From the NCBI GenBank assembly GCA_964620905.1, contig CAZUKA010000001.1, positions 583,646 to 647,645 on the forward strand: a stretch of 64,000 bases of DNA, written 5' to 3'. Source of the DNA: an uncultured Gammaproteobacteria bacterium (GTDB taxonomy: Bacteria; Patescibacteriota; Patescibacteriia; S139-126). A program made the translations under genes and the position numbers. Shown piece after piece: positions 49,247-58,754 of the stretch (the first letter of the stretch is position 1; each line of letters starts with the position of its first letter). The notes beneath the pieces were generated by a model that was not told where the DNA came from, made no database searches, and saw only the letters and a list, made by a program, of their open reading frames with translations.

Positions 49247-49624
49247 TCACAAAATAGTTTGGTCTTCAGCGCGCCAAGCCGGAGCGGAAATAACATAAAA
49301 TTTTACTGGTACCACAGTATTGTTTACAATTTGGTGGGGTTCTTGGGGAGCGATGTATAAAACATCACCTGAGTACATAATTCCTTTGAAGGTATTTACA
49401 TAAATGTCAGCTATACCCTCAATCATGATATATACTTCAGCTCCCTGATTGGTATGTCTTGGGGAACTGACACCTGGATCCAATACAACCTTAGCAACGC
49501 TAATATTTTTACTGCCACCCAATTTGTCTGGCAGACCAATCATTTCAAAAATTTTTTCTCCCGTGGAGGAGATGATGGGGCTATCTAGCCATTCATGAGC
49601 TACATGTTTCATTTTATCCCCCAA
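49247..49624 (-). CDS. cupin domain protein
   Basis: PG..SPRHT..EVYIM.EG, GDVLYIAP.EPHQI.N. Confidence 0.8.
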   Translation of the reverse strand: MGDKMKHVAHEWLDSPIISSTGEKIFEMIGLPDKLGGSKNISVAKVVLDPGVSSPRHTNQGAEVYIMIEGIADIYVNTFKGIMYSGDVLYIAPQEPHQIVNNTVVPVKFYVISAPAWRAEDQTIL

Positions 49625-50058
49625 ATTTTTTGAAATAAAAAATATTTGTCTTTGTATAAGACCAACGCTAGTCCGGTTTGATCTGGATTTATTACCACAC
49701 TGGGAAAACTTTGCAATATTTTTTGTGATAACTCATCTCTACTAAAAAAAGCATATTCCTCTATTAGAATATAATCGTCATCAACTAACCTTTTTTTAAT
49801 CAACCACCACCACCAGCGACGTAGCTGAGTATAAATTACCCAAAAAATAAGCGCAACCAAAAAGGTAAAAGTAATAGAACTCCAGATAAGCCTGGTTAAA
49901 TTGGGTGCGGTTTTACCAGAATCAATAAAATTGGAGAATAAAAAAGGATAAAACAATAGTGCCAGCAACAAAATGGCAATGGTTAATAAAATTGGCACAG
50001 CCTTTACTTCATAGTAAGGAATCTCAACTTTTTTCAAAGTGAAATCTTGAAAATGCAT
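49609..50058 (-). CDS. hypothetical 2-TM protein
   Basis: GAGGTG SD; TTGACG-17-TAGTTT upstream. Confidence 0.55.
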   Translation of the reverse strand: MHFQDFTLKKVEIPYYEVKAVPILLTIAILLLALLFYPFLFSNFIDSGKTAPNLTRLIWSSITFTFLVALIFWVIYTQLRRWWWWLIKKRLVDDDYILIEEYAFFSRDELSQKILQSFPSVVINPDQTGLALVLYKDKYFLFQKIWGIK

Positions 50059-50172
50059 AATACACCTCTTTTTTGTGATTTTTTTTGAATTGAATTGTCA
50101 ATGAAACAATAGAATAAACTAACACAAAAAAACCACGGCGTCAACCGTAGTTTTTGTTTGTCAAAAATAATC

Positions 50173-50430
50173 TTACATCGCTGGTGGGGTACTAGTTGGC
50201 GGCGTATTCGGTGGGGTTTGAGTTTTTACTTCAGCTGGTTTTACTTTGCAGGTGGAAAAACCAAGTACCTGATAGATTCCACACCAACCAATCGCTCCAG
50301 TAGCCAGTACCACCAACCCGACCACCCACAACCAAACAGTGGCATACTGCATACCCAATGCCACTAGCGCCAGCCCCGCCACCACGCGGATTATCCGATC
50401 AATCGTGCCTTCATTCTTTTTTAATTTCAT
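50173..50430 (-). CDS. DUF2892 (YgaP-like) membrane protein
   Basis: NEGTIDRIIR..G, TGAIGWCGIY.VLG.STC. Confidence 0.85.
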   Translation of the reverse strand: MKLKKNEGTIDRIIRVVAGLALVALGMQYATVWLWVVGLVVLATGAIGWCGIYQVLGFSTCKVKPAEVKTQTPPNTPPTSTPPAM

Positions 50431-50482
50431 AAATAAATATTAATGTTTATAATTTAATTCTACTCCTTTATATATAAGTAAG

Positions 50483-50878
50483 CTACCTGTTTAAATAAGT
50501 GATGGTAAGTTGAAGTACAGTAGCAAAACACACCCACAGCAAATAAGGGATATTTATAAAAGTTACCCATTTGAGGTGCGGATAAATCGCCACTAGCGCC
50601 CAAACCAAAGTAATTAGCACCAGTACAATATCAATTGCCGCTAGTAAATTGTTTTTCAAACCAAACTGCAAGGGAGTAAAAGCGAAATTGAAAAACAAAT
50701 TCAACACAAACGGCCACGCCAGTGCCAGGGGGAGTTGTTTGGTAAAAATTTTGTAAAACACTGTGCCAAAAGAAACAGCGATGATGGCATAAAGTGCGGT
50801 CCAAACTGGACCAAACAAAAAGGGTGGCGGTGCCCAGGCGGGTTTGATTAAAGTTTGATACCAATTGAAAGAGTTCAT
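50483..50878 (-). CDS. tspO: TspO/MBR tryptophan-rich sensory protein
   Basis: WYQTLIKPAWAPP..FGPVWTALY, PYLLWVCFA. Confidence 0.9.
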   Translation of the reverse strand: MNSFNWYQTLIKPAWAPPPFLFGPVWTALYAIIAVSFGTVFYKIFTKQLPLALAWPFVLNLFFNFAFTPLQFGLKNNLLAAIDIVLVLITLVWALVAIYPHLKWVTFINIPYLLWVCFATVLQLTITYLNR

Positions 50879-50910
50879 AGATTTTAAAACTGTTTAATTA
50901 ATATCTAGAT

Positions 50911-51675
50911 TTATTGTAAAATCCTGATTGATCTATCCCAATTATAATTGGGGTCAGTTAAACTTGAACCGTCAGAGGCAGCGGAATATTGCCCGATGCT
51001 AACAAATAAATATTTACTCGGTACGTTTTTATTGTAAAGAAAATAGGCAATACCATTGGTGGTGGTATAAACTGACGGACACTTATCGGCATTTTCCCAC
51101 CAGGGTGCATCTGGCGCATTGGGAGTCGTAGGAAAATTAATATAAGCTTTATTATAATCAACTAGCTCTTGTTGGGTTGCTTGAAAGGATTCACTATAAT
51201 CTGACACTTTAACAAAACAATCAGTTGGATTGTAACCTGACAAAAATCTTTGTTCTATGGCTTGGGCCAGAGATATGTTTGGATCTTTATCAAAAACTTC
51301 AAGCCATTGACCGTCAGACCCATCTACCATAATTTTATTTTCAGATTCATTTATCTCTACCGTTGGCTTGAAATCAAATGGTAAATAAGTAAACCCTACC
51401 CCTAAATTCTTTGAATAGAAGATTTGTGTGCCAGCTCGTTTTTCATCCAGAGCAAAAATTGTAGCTAAATCTGGTTTTGCAGATGAATCAGCCGTTGGCT
51501 CTGGTTCTGCTTGAGGAGTATCGTTGTCTGTTGGGATGTTGATTGGTGTGCCGGTATTTTTATTTTCTTTATTTTCCAATGACCCTTTAGTAAAAAATAA
51601 ATATCCAACAATACCCATCAACAATAAAACCGCGATGACGATTGTGGTTTTTGTACAGCCTTTTTGTTGCCTCAT
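50911..51675 (-). CDS. membrane-anchored hypothetical protein
   Basis: N-term TM, P/T/N-rich linker, globular C-domain. Confidence 0.65.
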   Translation of the reverse strand: MRQQKGCTKTTIVIAVLLLMGIVGYLFFTKGSLENKENKNTGTPINIPTDNDTPQAEPEPTADSSAKPDLATIFALDEKRAGTQIFYSKNLGVGFTYLPFDFKPTVEINESENKIMVDGSDGQWLEVFDKDPNISLAQAIEQRFLSGYNPTDCFVKVSDYSESFQATQQELVDYNKAYINFPTTPNAPDAPWWENADKCPSVYTTTNGIAYFLYNKNVPSKYLFVSIGQYSAASDGSSLTDPNYNWDRSIRILQ

Positions 51676-51743
51676 GTGATTTGAAATTAATTTTATATTT
51701 TATTGGATCTACTAATAATTTAAGAATATCAATAAAAATTCAA

Positions 51744-51833
51744 TGGCGGAGAGGGTGGGATTTGAACCCACGAAGGACTTTCATCCTTACCGCATTTCGA
51801 GTGCGGCGCCTTCAACCACTCAGCCACCTCTCC
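51744..51833 (-). tRNA. tRNA-Ser(CGA)
   Basis: GGAGAGGTGGCTGAGTGG...CCGCACTCGAAATGCGG, long variable arm, GGTTCAAATCC...CTCTCCGCCA. Confidence 0.96.
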
Positions 51834-52052
51834 AGGTTGGAATATAGAATTTAGAATCTAGAATTAAGAATAAATTATATTAATATTTATTCATTAATCT
51901 TAGTAAATATATTATATCTTTTTAATAATATTAAGACAAAGATTTACAAACTAATTAAAAAATAATTTTAAAATAATTATAAAATTATAATTTTCTACTT
52001 TATTAATTTTTGCGCTATACTTAATATTATTATTATTAAATAACTAAAACAT

Positions 52053-52793
52053 ATGTCCACAAATAAAAAAACTGCTATAGTAACTGGTGCCAAACAAGGC
52101 ATTGGCAAAGGCATTGCTCTGCTGCTGGCTAAAAATAAATACAACGTGGTGGTAGCTGACCTGGATCTAGCTGCTTGTCTACAAGTAGTCAAAGAAATAA
52201 AAAAAATAGGTGGTGATGCCTTGGCTATAAAATGTGATGTATCCAAAAAGTCTGAGGTTAAAGCGCTGATTGATCAAACAGTCAAAAAATTTAAACAAGT
52301 TGATGTGTTGGTAAACAATGCTGGGATCTTCCCGTTTGTCCCTTTTGCCAAAATGACCGAAGCGGATTGGGACAAGGTGATGAATGTCAATGTCAAGAGC
52401 GTTTACTATACTTGCCAAGCTGCATTGCCAGTGATGCCCAAGGGTGGGCATATTATCAATATCTCCTCAATTGCTAGTGTAGTAGGTTTTGCTGGACTCA
52501 CACATTACTGTACTTCCAAAGGAGCACTCAATGCGATGGTTAGAGCTTTGGCCTTGGAAGTGGCTGACCGAAATATAACCGTAAACAATGTAGCCCCAGG
52601 CGCAATTACTACCCCAGGTGCTAGTAGTGCTGCCAATGAAGAAACAATCAAACAGACAGTAGCAATGATACCTCTGGCGCGAATGGGACAACCTGAAGAC
52701 ATTGCTGGTGCCGTTGTATTTTTAGCCTCACCGCAAGCTAGCTATATTACTGGTCAAACAATTGTAGTCGATGGTGGTTGGACTTTACGCTAA
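52053..52793 (+). CDS. SDR oxidoreductase (FabG-like)
   Basis: [20 protein letters not shown]. Confidence 0.92.
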   Translation: MSTNKKTAIVTGAKQGIGKGIALLLAKNKYNVVVADLDLAACLQVVKEIKKIGGDALAIKCDVSKKSEVKALIDQTVKKFKQVDVLVNNAGIFPFVPFAKMTEADWDKVMNVNVKSVYYTCQAALPVMPKGGHIINISSIASVVGFAGLTHYCTSKGALNAMVRALALEVADRNITVNNVAPGAITTPGASSAANEETIKQTVAMIPLARMGQPEDIAGAVVFLASPQASYITGQTIVVDGGWTLR

Positions 52794-52905
52794 ACGTTTT
52801 TTACCAAAAAACGCCCCAGCAATAAAAGTGGGGTGTTTTTTATTTAGTTAACTTGGATAAAACTGCCAATTTTTGTTATAATAAAATCGAACTTTAAACT
52901 TTTTC

Positions 52906-53790
52906 ATGGCCAAAAAATTCAATCATCCGATCAGAAAAGTAGTCATTCCCGTAGCTGGCTTGGGAACCAGATTTTTGCCAGCCACCAAAGCAATACCTAA
53001 AGAGATGTTGCCGATTTTGGATAAACCGATTTTGCAATATGTGGTCGAGGAAGCAGTGGCCTCTGGGATTACCGATATAATTTTTGTTACTTCTTATACC
53101 AAACGCGCCTGCGAAGATCATTTTGATCGCACGCCCGAACTGGAAGAAACATTGAAAAACAACCCGGCCAAAAAAGACCTATACGAAAAAATCAAACAGA
53201 TCTCCCAGCAAGCCAACTTTATCTATATCAGGCAAAAAGGACCTTACGGCAATGGCACCCCGATTTTAAACGCCAAACCAATCGTCGGTAATGAACCTTT
53301 CGCCATGCTGTGGGGAGACGAGGTGTTTGACTGCCCGACTAAACCTAGACTGTTGCAACTGATTGAAGTGTTTCAAAAATACGGCGATCCAGTGACTACT
53401 GGCTATCAAGTACCTCGTAGTGATGCAGCTAAATACGGAATGCTCAAAGGTGTCAAAGTAGAACCAACTGTTTACCAAGTAGAAAAAATAGTGGAAAAAC
53501 CAGGACCAAAAAATACTCCTTCACTGATTGCCAATTTGGGTGGTTATGTACTAACTCCTGACATTTTTCCAATTTTAGAAAAAACTAAACTAGGCAAAGG
53601 CAATGAACTGTGGCTAGTTGATGCGGTTGATGCCTTGGGTAAAACCCGAGCCATTTATTCCAAAATTGTCGACGGGGTGTATTATGATACTGGCAACAAG
53701 TTGACTTGGTTGAAAGCCAATATTGCTTTTGGTCTTAAAGATAAAGAGACCAAAAACGAATTGAAAAAATATTTACGAAAATTGATTTAA
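52906..53790 (+). CDS. galU: UTP--glucose-1-phosphate uridylyltransferase
   Basis: PVAGLGTRFLPATKAIPKEMLP, VEKP. Confidence 0.92.
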   Translation: MAKKFNHPIRKVVIPVAGLGTRFLPATKAIPKEMLPILDKPILQYVVEEAVASGITDIIFVTSYTKRACEDHFDRTPELEETLKNNPAKKDLYEKIKQISQQANFIYIRQKGPYGNGTPILNAKPIVGNEPFAMLWGDEVFDCPTKPRLLQLIEVFQKYGDPVTTGYQVPRSDAAKYGMLKGVKVEPTVYQVEKIVEKPGPKNTPSLIANLGGYVLTPDIFPILEKTKLGKGNELWLVDAVDALGKTRAIYSKIVDGVYYDTGNKLTWLKANIAFGLKDKETKNELKKYLRKLI

Positions 53791-53799
53791 ATTTATTTT

Positions 53800-55206
53800 A
53801 TGAACCAGCTTAACAAAATAAAACTTATTGGTCTGACAATTGTTATGCTGTCTTTGCCGCTACTTGGCATCGGGTGTAAAGGTGGAGATTTGGAAGCACA
53901 AAAAGCGGCCAAACCAATTACTTTGAAAATTTGGGGGGTATGGGATGAACAAGATTTATTGCAAGATATTTTCACTGAATACAAAAAAACTAGGCCCAAT
54001 GTCAGCTTTGAATACCGCAAACTTCGGATCGAAGAGTATGAGCGAGCTTTACTGGAAGCTTGGGCCGAAAACCGGGGTCCTGATATTTTTATGGTACACA
54101 ATACTTGGGTGACCTCCTACCTGACAAAACTGGAACCATTGCCTAGCAGTTTGTCTTTACCCGTACAAACCGTCAAAGGTAGCCTAAAAAAAGAAGTGGT
54201 TTGGGAACTAAAAAGCTTCCCTACTCTGACTGTAAACCAAGTAGATGAAAAATTCGTCAAAGTAGTCAAAGACGATATTATCAGAAACAATCAAATTTAT
54301 GGACTACCTCTAGGACTTGATACTTTGGCGCTTTATTACAATAAAACTATATTCAACAACGCCGGAATTGCCACTCCACCTACCACCTGGGCCGAATTTA
54401 AACAAGCGGTTCTAGCGATCACTCAACTTGATCCTGATAACAAAATCATCCGCAGCGCTGTAGCGATGGGACGTGGTGACAATGTTGAACGCGGCACAGA
54501 TTTACTGTCAGTGTTGATGATGCAAAACGGCGCTCAAATGTTGGGGGTAGATAATTTACCTGCCTTTGATAAAATTCCTCAGGGTGGCAGTCAAAATTAT
54601 CATCCCGGTGAACAAGCTTTAATTTTTTACACTGATTTTGCTAACCCCATCAAAGAAGTCTACACTTGGAATCAAACCTTGCCCAATTCGGTTGATGCGT
54701 TTGCTCAAGGACTAACCGCCATGATGTTTGGCTACTCTTATCACGCACCGTTGATTCGTGCTCGTGGACCGAGAGTAGATTTTGGTATCACCGCTTTGCC
54801 CCAAATTGATCCGTTGGCCAAAAAATACAACTTTGCCAATTATTGGTTGTTGGGAGTTTCTCCCCGCGGGGAAAAACAAAGCAAAGCCACTGCCTGGGAT
54901 TTTATTTTGTTTGCCACCACCAAACCAGGCCCGAATGAAAAATATCTGACCAAAGCAAACAAAGCTCCTGCACTAAAAGAGTTGATTGCCAAACAGCAAA
55001 ATAATCCTGACACTTCGATCTTTACCCAACAAGCTCTAACTGCCGAAAGTTGGTACCGAGGGTACAATCCCACTGCCGCAGAAGAAATAGTCAAACAGTT
55101 GATTGCCGCAGTCAATCAAGGAAATTTTTCTAGTCTGAGCGCCCTGATGCGCAACAGTGTCGAACAACTAAAACAAACTTATCTTAGACCATCATATGCC
55201 AATTAA
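53800..55206 (+). CDS. extracellular solute-binding lipoprotein (family 1), orphan
   Basis: GIGC lipobox, GPDIF, IYGLPL..DTLALYYN, PPTTWAE. Confidence 0.88.
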   Translation: MNQLNKIKLIGLTIVMLSLPLLGIGCKGGDLEAQKAAKPITLKIWGVWDEQDLLQDIFTEYKKTRPNVSFEYRKLRIEEYERALLEAWAENRGPDIFMVHNTWVTSYLTKLEPLPSSLSLPVQTVKGSLKKEVVWELKSFPTLTVNQVDEKFVKVVKDDIIRNNQIYGLPLGLDTLALYYNKTIFNNAGIATPPTTWAEFKQAVLAITQLDPDNKIIRSAVAMGRGDNVERGTDLLSVLMMQNGAQMLGVDNLPAFDKIPQGGSQNYHPGEQALIFYTDFANPIKEVYTWNQTLPNSVDAFAQGLTAMMFGYSYHAPLIRARGPRVDFGITALPQIDPLAKKYNFANYWLLGVSPRGEKQSKATAWDFILFATTKPGPNEKYLTKANKAPALKELIAKQQNNPDTSIFTQQALTAESWYRGYNPTAAEEIVKQLIAAVNQGNFSSLSALMRNSVEQLKQTYLRPSYAN

Positions 55207-55834
55207 AAAAATTTATTTTATCTTGCTGATTTTATTTTTTTTGTTTGTACCCTGGCTGACCCATGCCCAAACCTCGGGTTTTATCCCCTCGGACTGTCTG
55301 TCTGGTGGGGCGGAAAAGTGTGATTTGGTTGATTTGGTACAATTGTTTGCCAATTTTTATCTATTTTTAGTCAAATATGTGGGCGCGTTGGCTTTGCTTT
55401 TATTTGTGATTGGTGGGGTAGTTTTTATCACTGCCGGTGGCAATCAAGAACGAATCACCCGCGGTCGGCATATCTTGATTGGTACTTTGATTGGCCTGTT
55501 TATCGTTATGACTAGCTATATTATTGTTCTGCAAATTCAAAAATTTATTGGCGTGAGCGGTGAATATCAACTCCAATCATCACAAAACAATCAAACTGAA
55601 TGCGTGGGTAAAAATGATGGTATTTCTTGCCGCGGACCAGCGGGTAACGTTTATGTTTGTATCAATCAAATTTGTCAAAACGGACAAGGTGCAGGTATAA
55701 AAACTTTTTGCGAATATAACCGAAGTGGTACTTGTATTGATAATTGCAGTACCACCAACTGCCAAAATGGAACTTGTCAGCCTGGTTTCTGTGATGGTGG
55801 TGACACTAGACTTTGTTGTGTACCCAATCCGTAA
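55196..55834 (+). CDS. VirB2/TrbC-like pilin with Cys-rich C-terminal extension
   Basis: GGVVFITAGGNQE core between two TM; about 11 Cys in the tail. Confidence 0.8.
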   Translation: MPIKKIYFILLILFFLFVPWLTHAQTSGFIPSDCLSGGAEKCDLVDLVQLFANFYLFLVKYVGALALLLFVIGGVVFITAGGNQERITRGRHILIGTLIGLFIVMTSYIIVLQIQKFIGVSGEYQLQSSQNNQTECVGKNDGISCRGPAGNVYVCINQICQNGQGAGIKTFCEYNRSGTCIDNCSTTNCQNGTCQPGFCDGGDTRLCCVPNP

Positions 55835-55952
55835 AGCTAAAAGTGCAAAAATCATTTTACAAAATAATTAATATATGTTATAATACAATTACCTTATAAA
55901 AAATTATAAGGTAATTGATTTAAAATCATAATTTTAGAAAGGGGGTGACATT

Positions 55953-56315
55953 ATGAAAAAACAAATTTTATCCCTTGGTATTTTGTCACTTTTATTAGTC
56001 CCAATGGCAGCCGCTGCTGACACTTTTGGTACTGGTTATGGCAGCCTCATCGGCCTGGGAACACAAGATGTACGTGAAACTATTGCTCGGATTATCAACG
56101 TAGTTTTGGGAATTTTGGGTATCGTCGTTACTTTAATTATTATCGCGGGTGGTTTCCGTTGGATGACTGCCGGTGGTAACGAAGAAGCGGTTGGACAAGC
56201 TAAAAAAATTATCAGCGCTGGCGTAATTGGTTTATTGATTATCATCATCGCTTACGCGCTTTCTACTTGGATCTTCAGCGTGATTATTGGTGCAACAACT
56301 GAAGCAACAGCATAG
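55953..56315 (+). CDS. VirB2/TrbC-like pilin (probable major pilin)
   Basis: GGFRWMTAGGNEE; strong SD (GGGGGTGA) and its own upstream intergenic region. Confidence 0.85.
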   Translation: MKKQILSLGILSLLLVPMAAAADTFGTGYGSLIGLGTQDVRETIARIINVVLGILGIVVTLIIIAGGFRWMTAGGNEEAVGQAKKIISAGVIGLLIIIIAYALSTWIFSVIIGATTEATA

Positions 56316-56334
56316 TAATGAATAATACTTTTGA

Positions 56335-57000
56335 ATGAATTTTTATTTTATCAAAATAAAAAATCTTTCAGTCCACATCACGGTGGCTATCATTTTGATA
56401 GCCACCGTGTTAGTTGGTGGCCAATTGGCCTGGGCAGCGGAAAATTCCACTCCCCAAGCAAATGAGGTCACTATCTTTTCCCTAGCTAAAAGTGAGGCAG
56501 TTTCCAATTTAGACAAAGCTGCTAATCTTAGTGGCTTAAAAAGTGAAGGTACACTAGGCACCAAAGTTGGTACGATCATCAATGGGGTCTTGAGTTTTAT
56601 TGGCGTGGTACTGCTGGTTCTTTTCATCTATGGCGGCTGGACCTGGATGACCGCTGGTGGCAATGAAGAAAAAGTCAGGCAAGCCAATAAAATTTTGGCT
56701 AGTGCCATCATTGGATTTGTTTTGATATTTATGTCTTACGCACTGACTAATTTTTGGGCTAAACAATTTTTCCCAGTTTATACTCAACCTCCAGGGATTG
56801 ATGGTGGCGGAGGACTTATTGAACCTGATCCCTTAGGGGATATTGGTGCTTGTATCACTTTAACCAGTCCTCCTTCCAATCAAGCCAGTTGTAGCAATTC
56901 GGTCTTGCAGGAAAATTGTTTGACACCAAAAATCTTTTATATCAATTTTACTTGCGATCAACTGTGTACTGGTATTAACCCACCTTATAATTGTCAATAA
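56335..57000 (+). CDS. VirB2/TrbC-like pilin with Cys-containing tail
   Basis: YGGWTWMTAGGNEEKV. Confidence 0.82.
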   Translation: MNFYFIKIKNLSVHITVAIILIATVLVGGQLAWAAENSTPQANEVTIFSLAKSEAVSNLDKAANLSGLKSEGTLGTKVGTIINGVLSFIGVVLLVLFIYGGWTWMTAGGNEEKVRQANKILASAIIGFVLIFMSYALTNFWAKQFFPVYTQPPGIDGGGGLIEPDPLGDIGACITLTSPPSNQASCSNSVLQENCLTPKIFYINFTCDQLCTGINPPYNCQ

Positions 57001-57384
57001 ATGTTAAATTATAAACAAAAAATATTTTCTACCTTTCTCAAAAACATTGTACTCGTGACATTTATTCTTTGGCCCCAACTATCATCAGCTGTGTCACCTG
57101 GCAGTATGCTAAAAGACGCTGGCGATGCTAGCAAACTTGCTAATCCCTCTTTACCTGAAGTGATTGGCAGTGTAATCAATGCTGCTTTGGGAATACTAGG
57201 AACTATTTTTTTGGTGCTGATAATTTATGCGGGCTTTACTTGGATGACCGCCGGTGGCAATGAAGAGAAAATTCAAAAAGCCCAAAAAATTATTCGCAAC
57301 TCAACTATTGGCCTATTGATCGTGGCTTTGGCTTTTGCTATCACCCAATTTGTCTTTAAGACTTTGATTGAAGCAGGATTATAA
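57001..57384 (+). CDS. VirB2/TrbC-like pilin
   Basis: YAGFTWMTAGGNEEKI. Confidence 0.85.
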   Translation: MLNYKQKIFSTFLKNIVLVTFILWPQLSSAVSPGSMLKDAGDASKLANPSLPEVIGSVINAALGILGTIFLVLIIYAGFTWMTAGGNEEKIQKAQKIIRNSTIGLLIVALAFAITQFVFKTLIEAGL

Positions 57385-57385
57385 T

Positions 57386-57775
57386 ATGAAAAAAATAAAA
57401 AATACACTACTAATTTTCTTTTTATCCTTGGCAACTATTCCCACTTTGGCTCAAGCTAGTATTTTGCAAGATGCTCTGTCCACTGCTGAAGTAACCAATC
57501 AAAAAGCCAAACTAGCAGAAACTGCCAATCCAGCCTTTTTGACCGGAGAAATAATAAAATATGCCCTAGGCTTTGTAGGTACAATTTTTCTAGTACTTAT
57601 CATCTACGGTGGTTTTTTGTGGATGACCGCAGCTGGCAATGACCAACAAATCGACAAAGCTAAAAAAATTCTGACCAATTCTACTGTGGGTTTATTAATA
57701 GTCGTATTGGCCTATGCTTTGTCTTTGTTTATTATCAATGTGATTCTCAAAGCCACCAGCGGCGAGCCGATTTAA
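57386..57775 (+). CDS. VirB2/TrbC-like pilin
   Basis: YGGFLWMTAAGNDQQI. Confidence 0.85.
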   Translation: MKKIKNTLLIFFLSLATIPTLAQASILQDALSTAEVTNQKAKLAETANPAFLTGEIIKYALGFVGTIFLVLIIYGGFLWMTAAGNDQQIDKAKKILTNSTVGLLIVVLAYALSLFIINVILKATSGEPI

Positions 57776-57779
57776 TTAT

Positions 57780-58193
57780 ATGAACAAAAAAACTATCAAA
57801 ATACTACTGGTAATAATGATTTGGAGTGGTTTTTTCTTTTCTGCCACAACTCCCCTACTAGCAACCAGCACTGATGCGGGCACAAAAATAAAACAAGGTA
57901 TAATCGACACTGGTATAGCAGCTGAACTGGGCAATGCTGATACAGATATAAGAGAAACTACTGCCTTGATCATCAGATACTTACTTGGTTTTTTAGGAAT
58001 TTTATTCACCATCCTAATAATCTACGGTGGTTTTTTGTGGATGACCGCAGCTGGCAATGACCAACAAATTGATAAAGCCAGAAAAATTTTAACCCAAGCA
58101 GCGATTGGACTATTGATTGTCGTTTTGGCCTATGCTTTATCTAGTTGGATATTTAAAATAATCCTCAGAGCTACTTACGATCCGTGGGCTTGA
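57780..58193 (+). CDS. VirB2/TrbC-like pilin
   Basis: YGGFLWMTAAGNDQQI. Confidence 0.85.
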   Translation: MNKKTIKILLVIMIWSGFFFSATTPLLATSTDAGTKIKQGIIDTGIAAELGNADTDIRETTALIIRYLLGFLGILFTILIIYGGFLWMTAAGNDQQIDKARKILTQAAIGLLIVVLAYALSSWIFKIILRATYDPWA

Positions 58194-58259
58194 TAATTAT
58201 TTATTAAATTAAAAAGCGGAAATTTTATTTCCGCTTTTTTTGTTGAAAAATTATTTTAA

Positions 58260-58646
58260 TTATTCTTTTTGTTGCTTCTTTTGTCGCTCCTGATTATACC
58301 TATTTACTGCATCTATCTGCATATCTAGATTTTGCTGACGACTGCCAGCATAACCTTGATAATAACCATGCCCATAAGGCGCAATAATTTGAACGTCACG
58401 ATCCTTCATGTTCGTGATATACATTAATTGCAACGCCCGGTCAGGGGCAGATAAAGAAGTATCGGTTATGGTAATTAAGGTACCAATCTGTTTTGTTGCC
58501 GCATTTAACTCTTCTGTATTGTATAGAGTTAGATCAGCATTAACCTGGGAATTTGGAGTGTTGATTTGATACTGAATGGTTGATGCACAACCGATAAATA
58601 AAGTAATAGCAAATAAAGCAACAACAAAAATTAGTAAATTTTTCAT
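58260..58646 (-). CDS. lipoprotein, hypothetical
   Basis: FIGC lipobox; AAGGAG SD. Confidence 0.7.
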   Translation of the reverse strand: MKNLLIFVVALFAITLFIGCASTIQYQINTPNSQVNADLTLYNTEELNAATKQIGTLITITDTSLSAPDRALQLMYITNMKDRDVQIIAPYGHGYYQGYAGSRQQNLDMQIDAVNRYNQERQKKQQKE

Positions 58647-58697
58647 GACTATCTCCTTGGGATTTGTTTATAAATAAATTGTTAAATAAATCATACA

Positions 58698-58726
58698 ATT
58701 ATAGCGCATTTTGGTAAATTTGTCAA
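58698..58726 (-). promoter_or_regulatory. perfect-consensus sigma70 promoter
   Basis: TTGACA-17-TATAAT upstream of 58646. Confidence 0.8.
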
Positions 58727-58754
58727 TCTTGCAAATACGCGGCATAATTAGATT

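Noticed and set aside
51642-51854. 70-aa plus-strand ORF
   Set aside because: Antisense to tRNA-Ser
55196-58193. DGR target array or conjugative T4SS
   Set aside because: No reverse transcriptase or adenine-specific TR/VR pair; no VirB4, VirD4 or relaxase in the window
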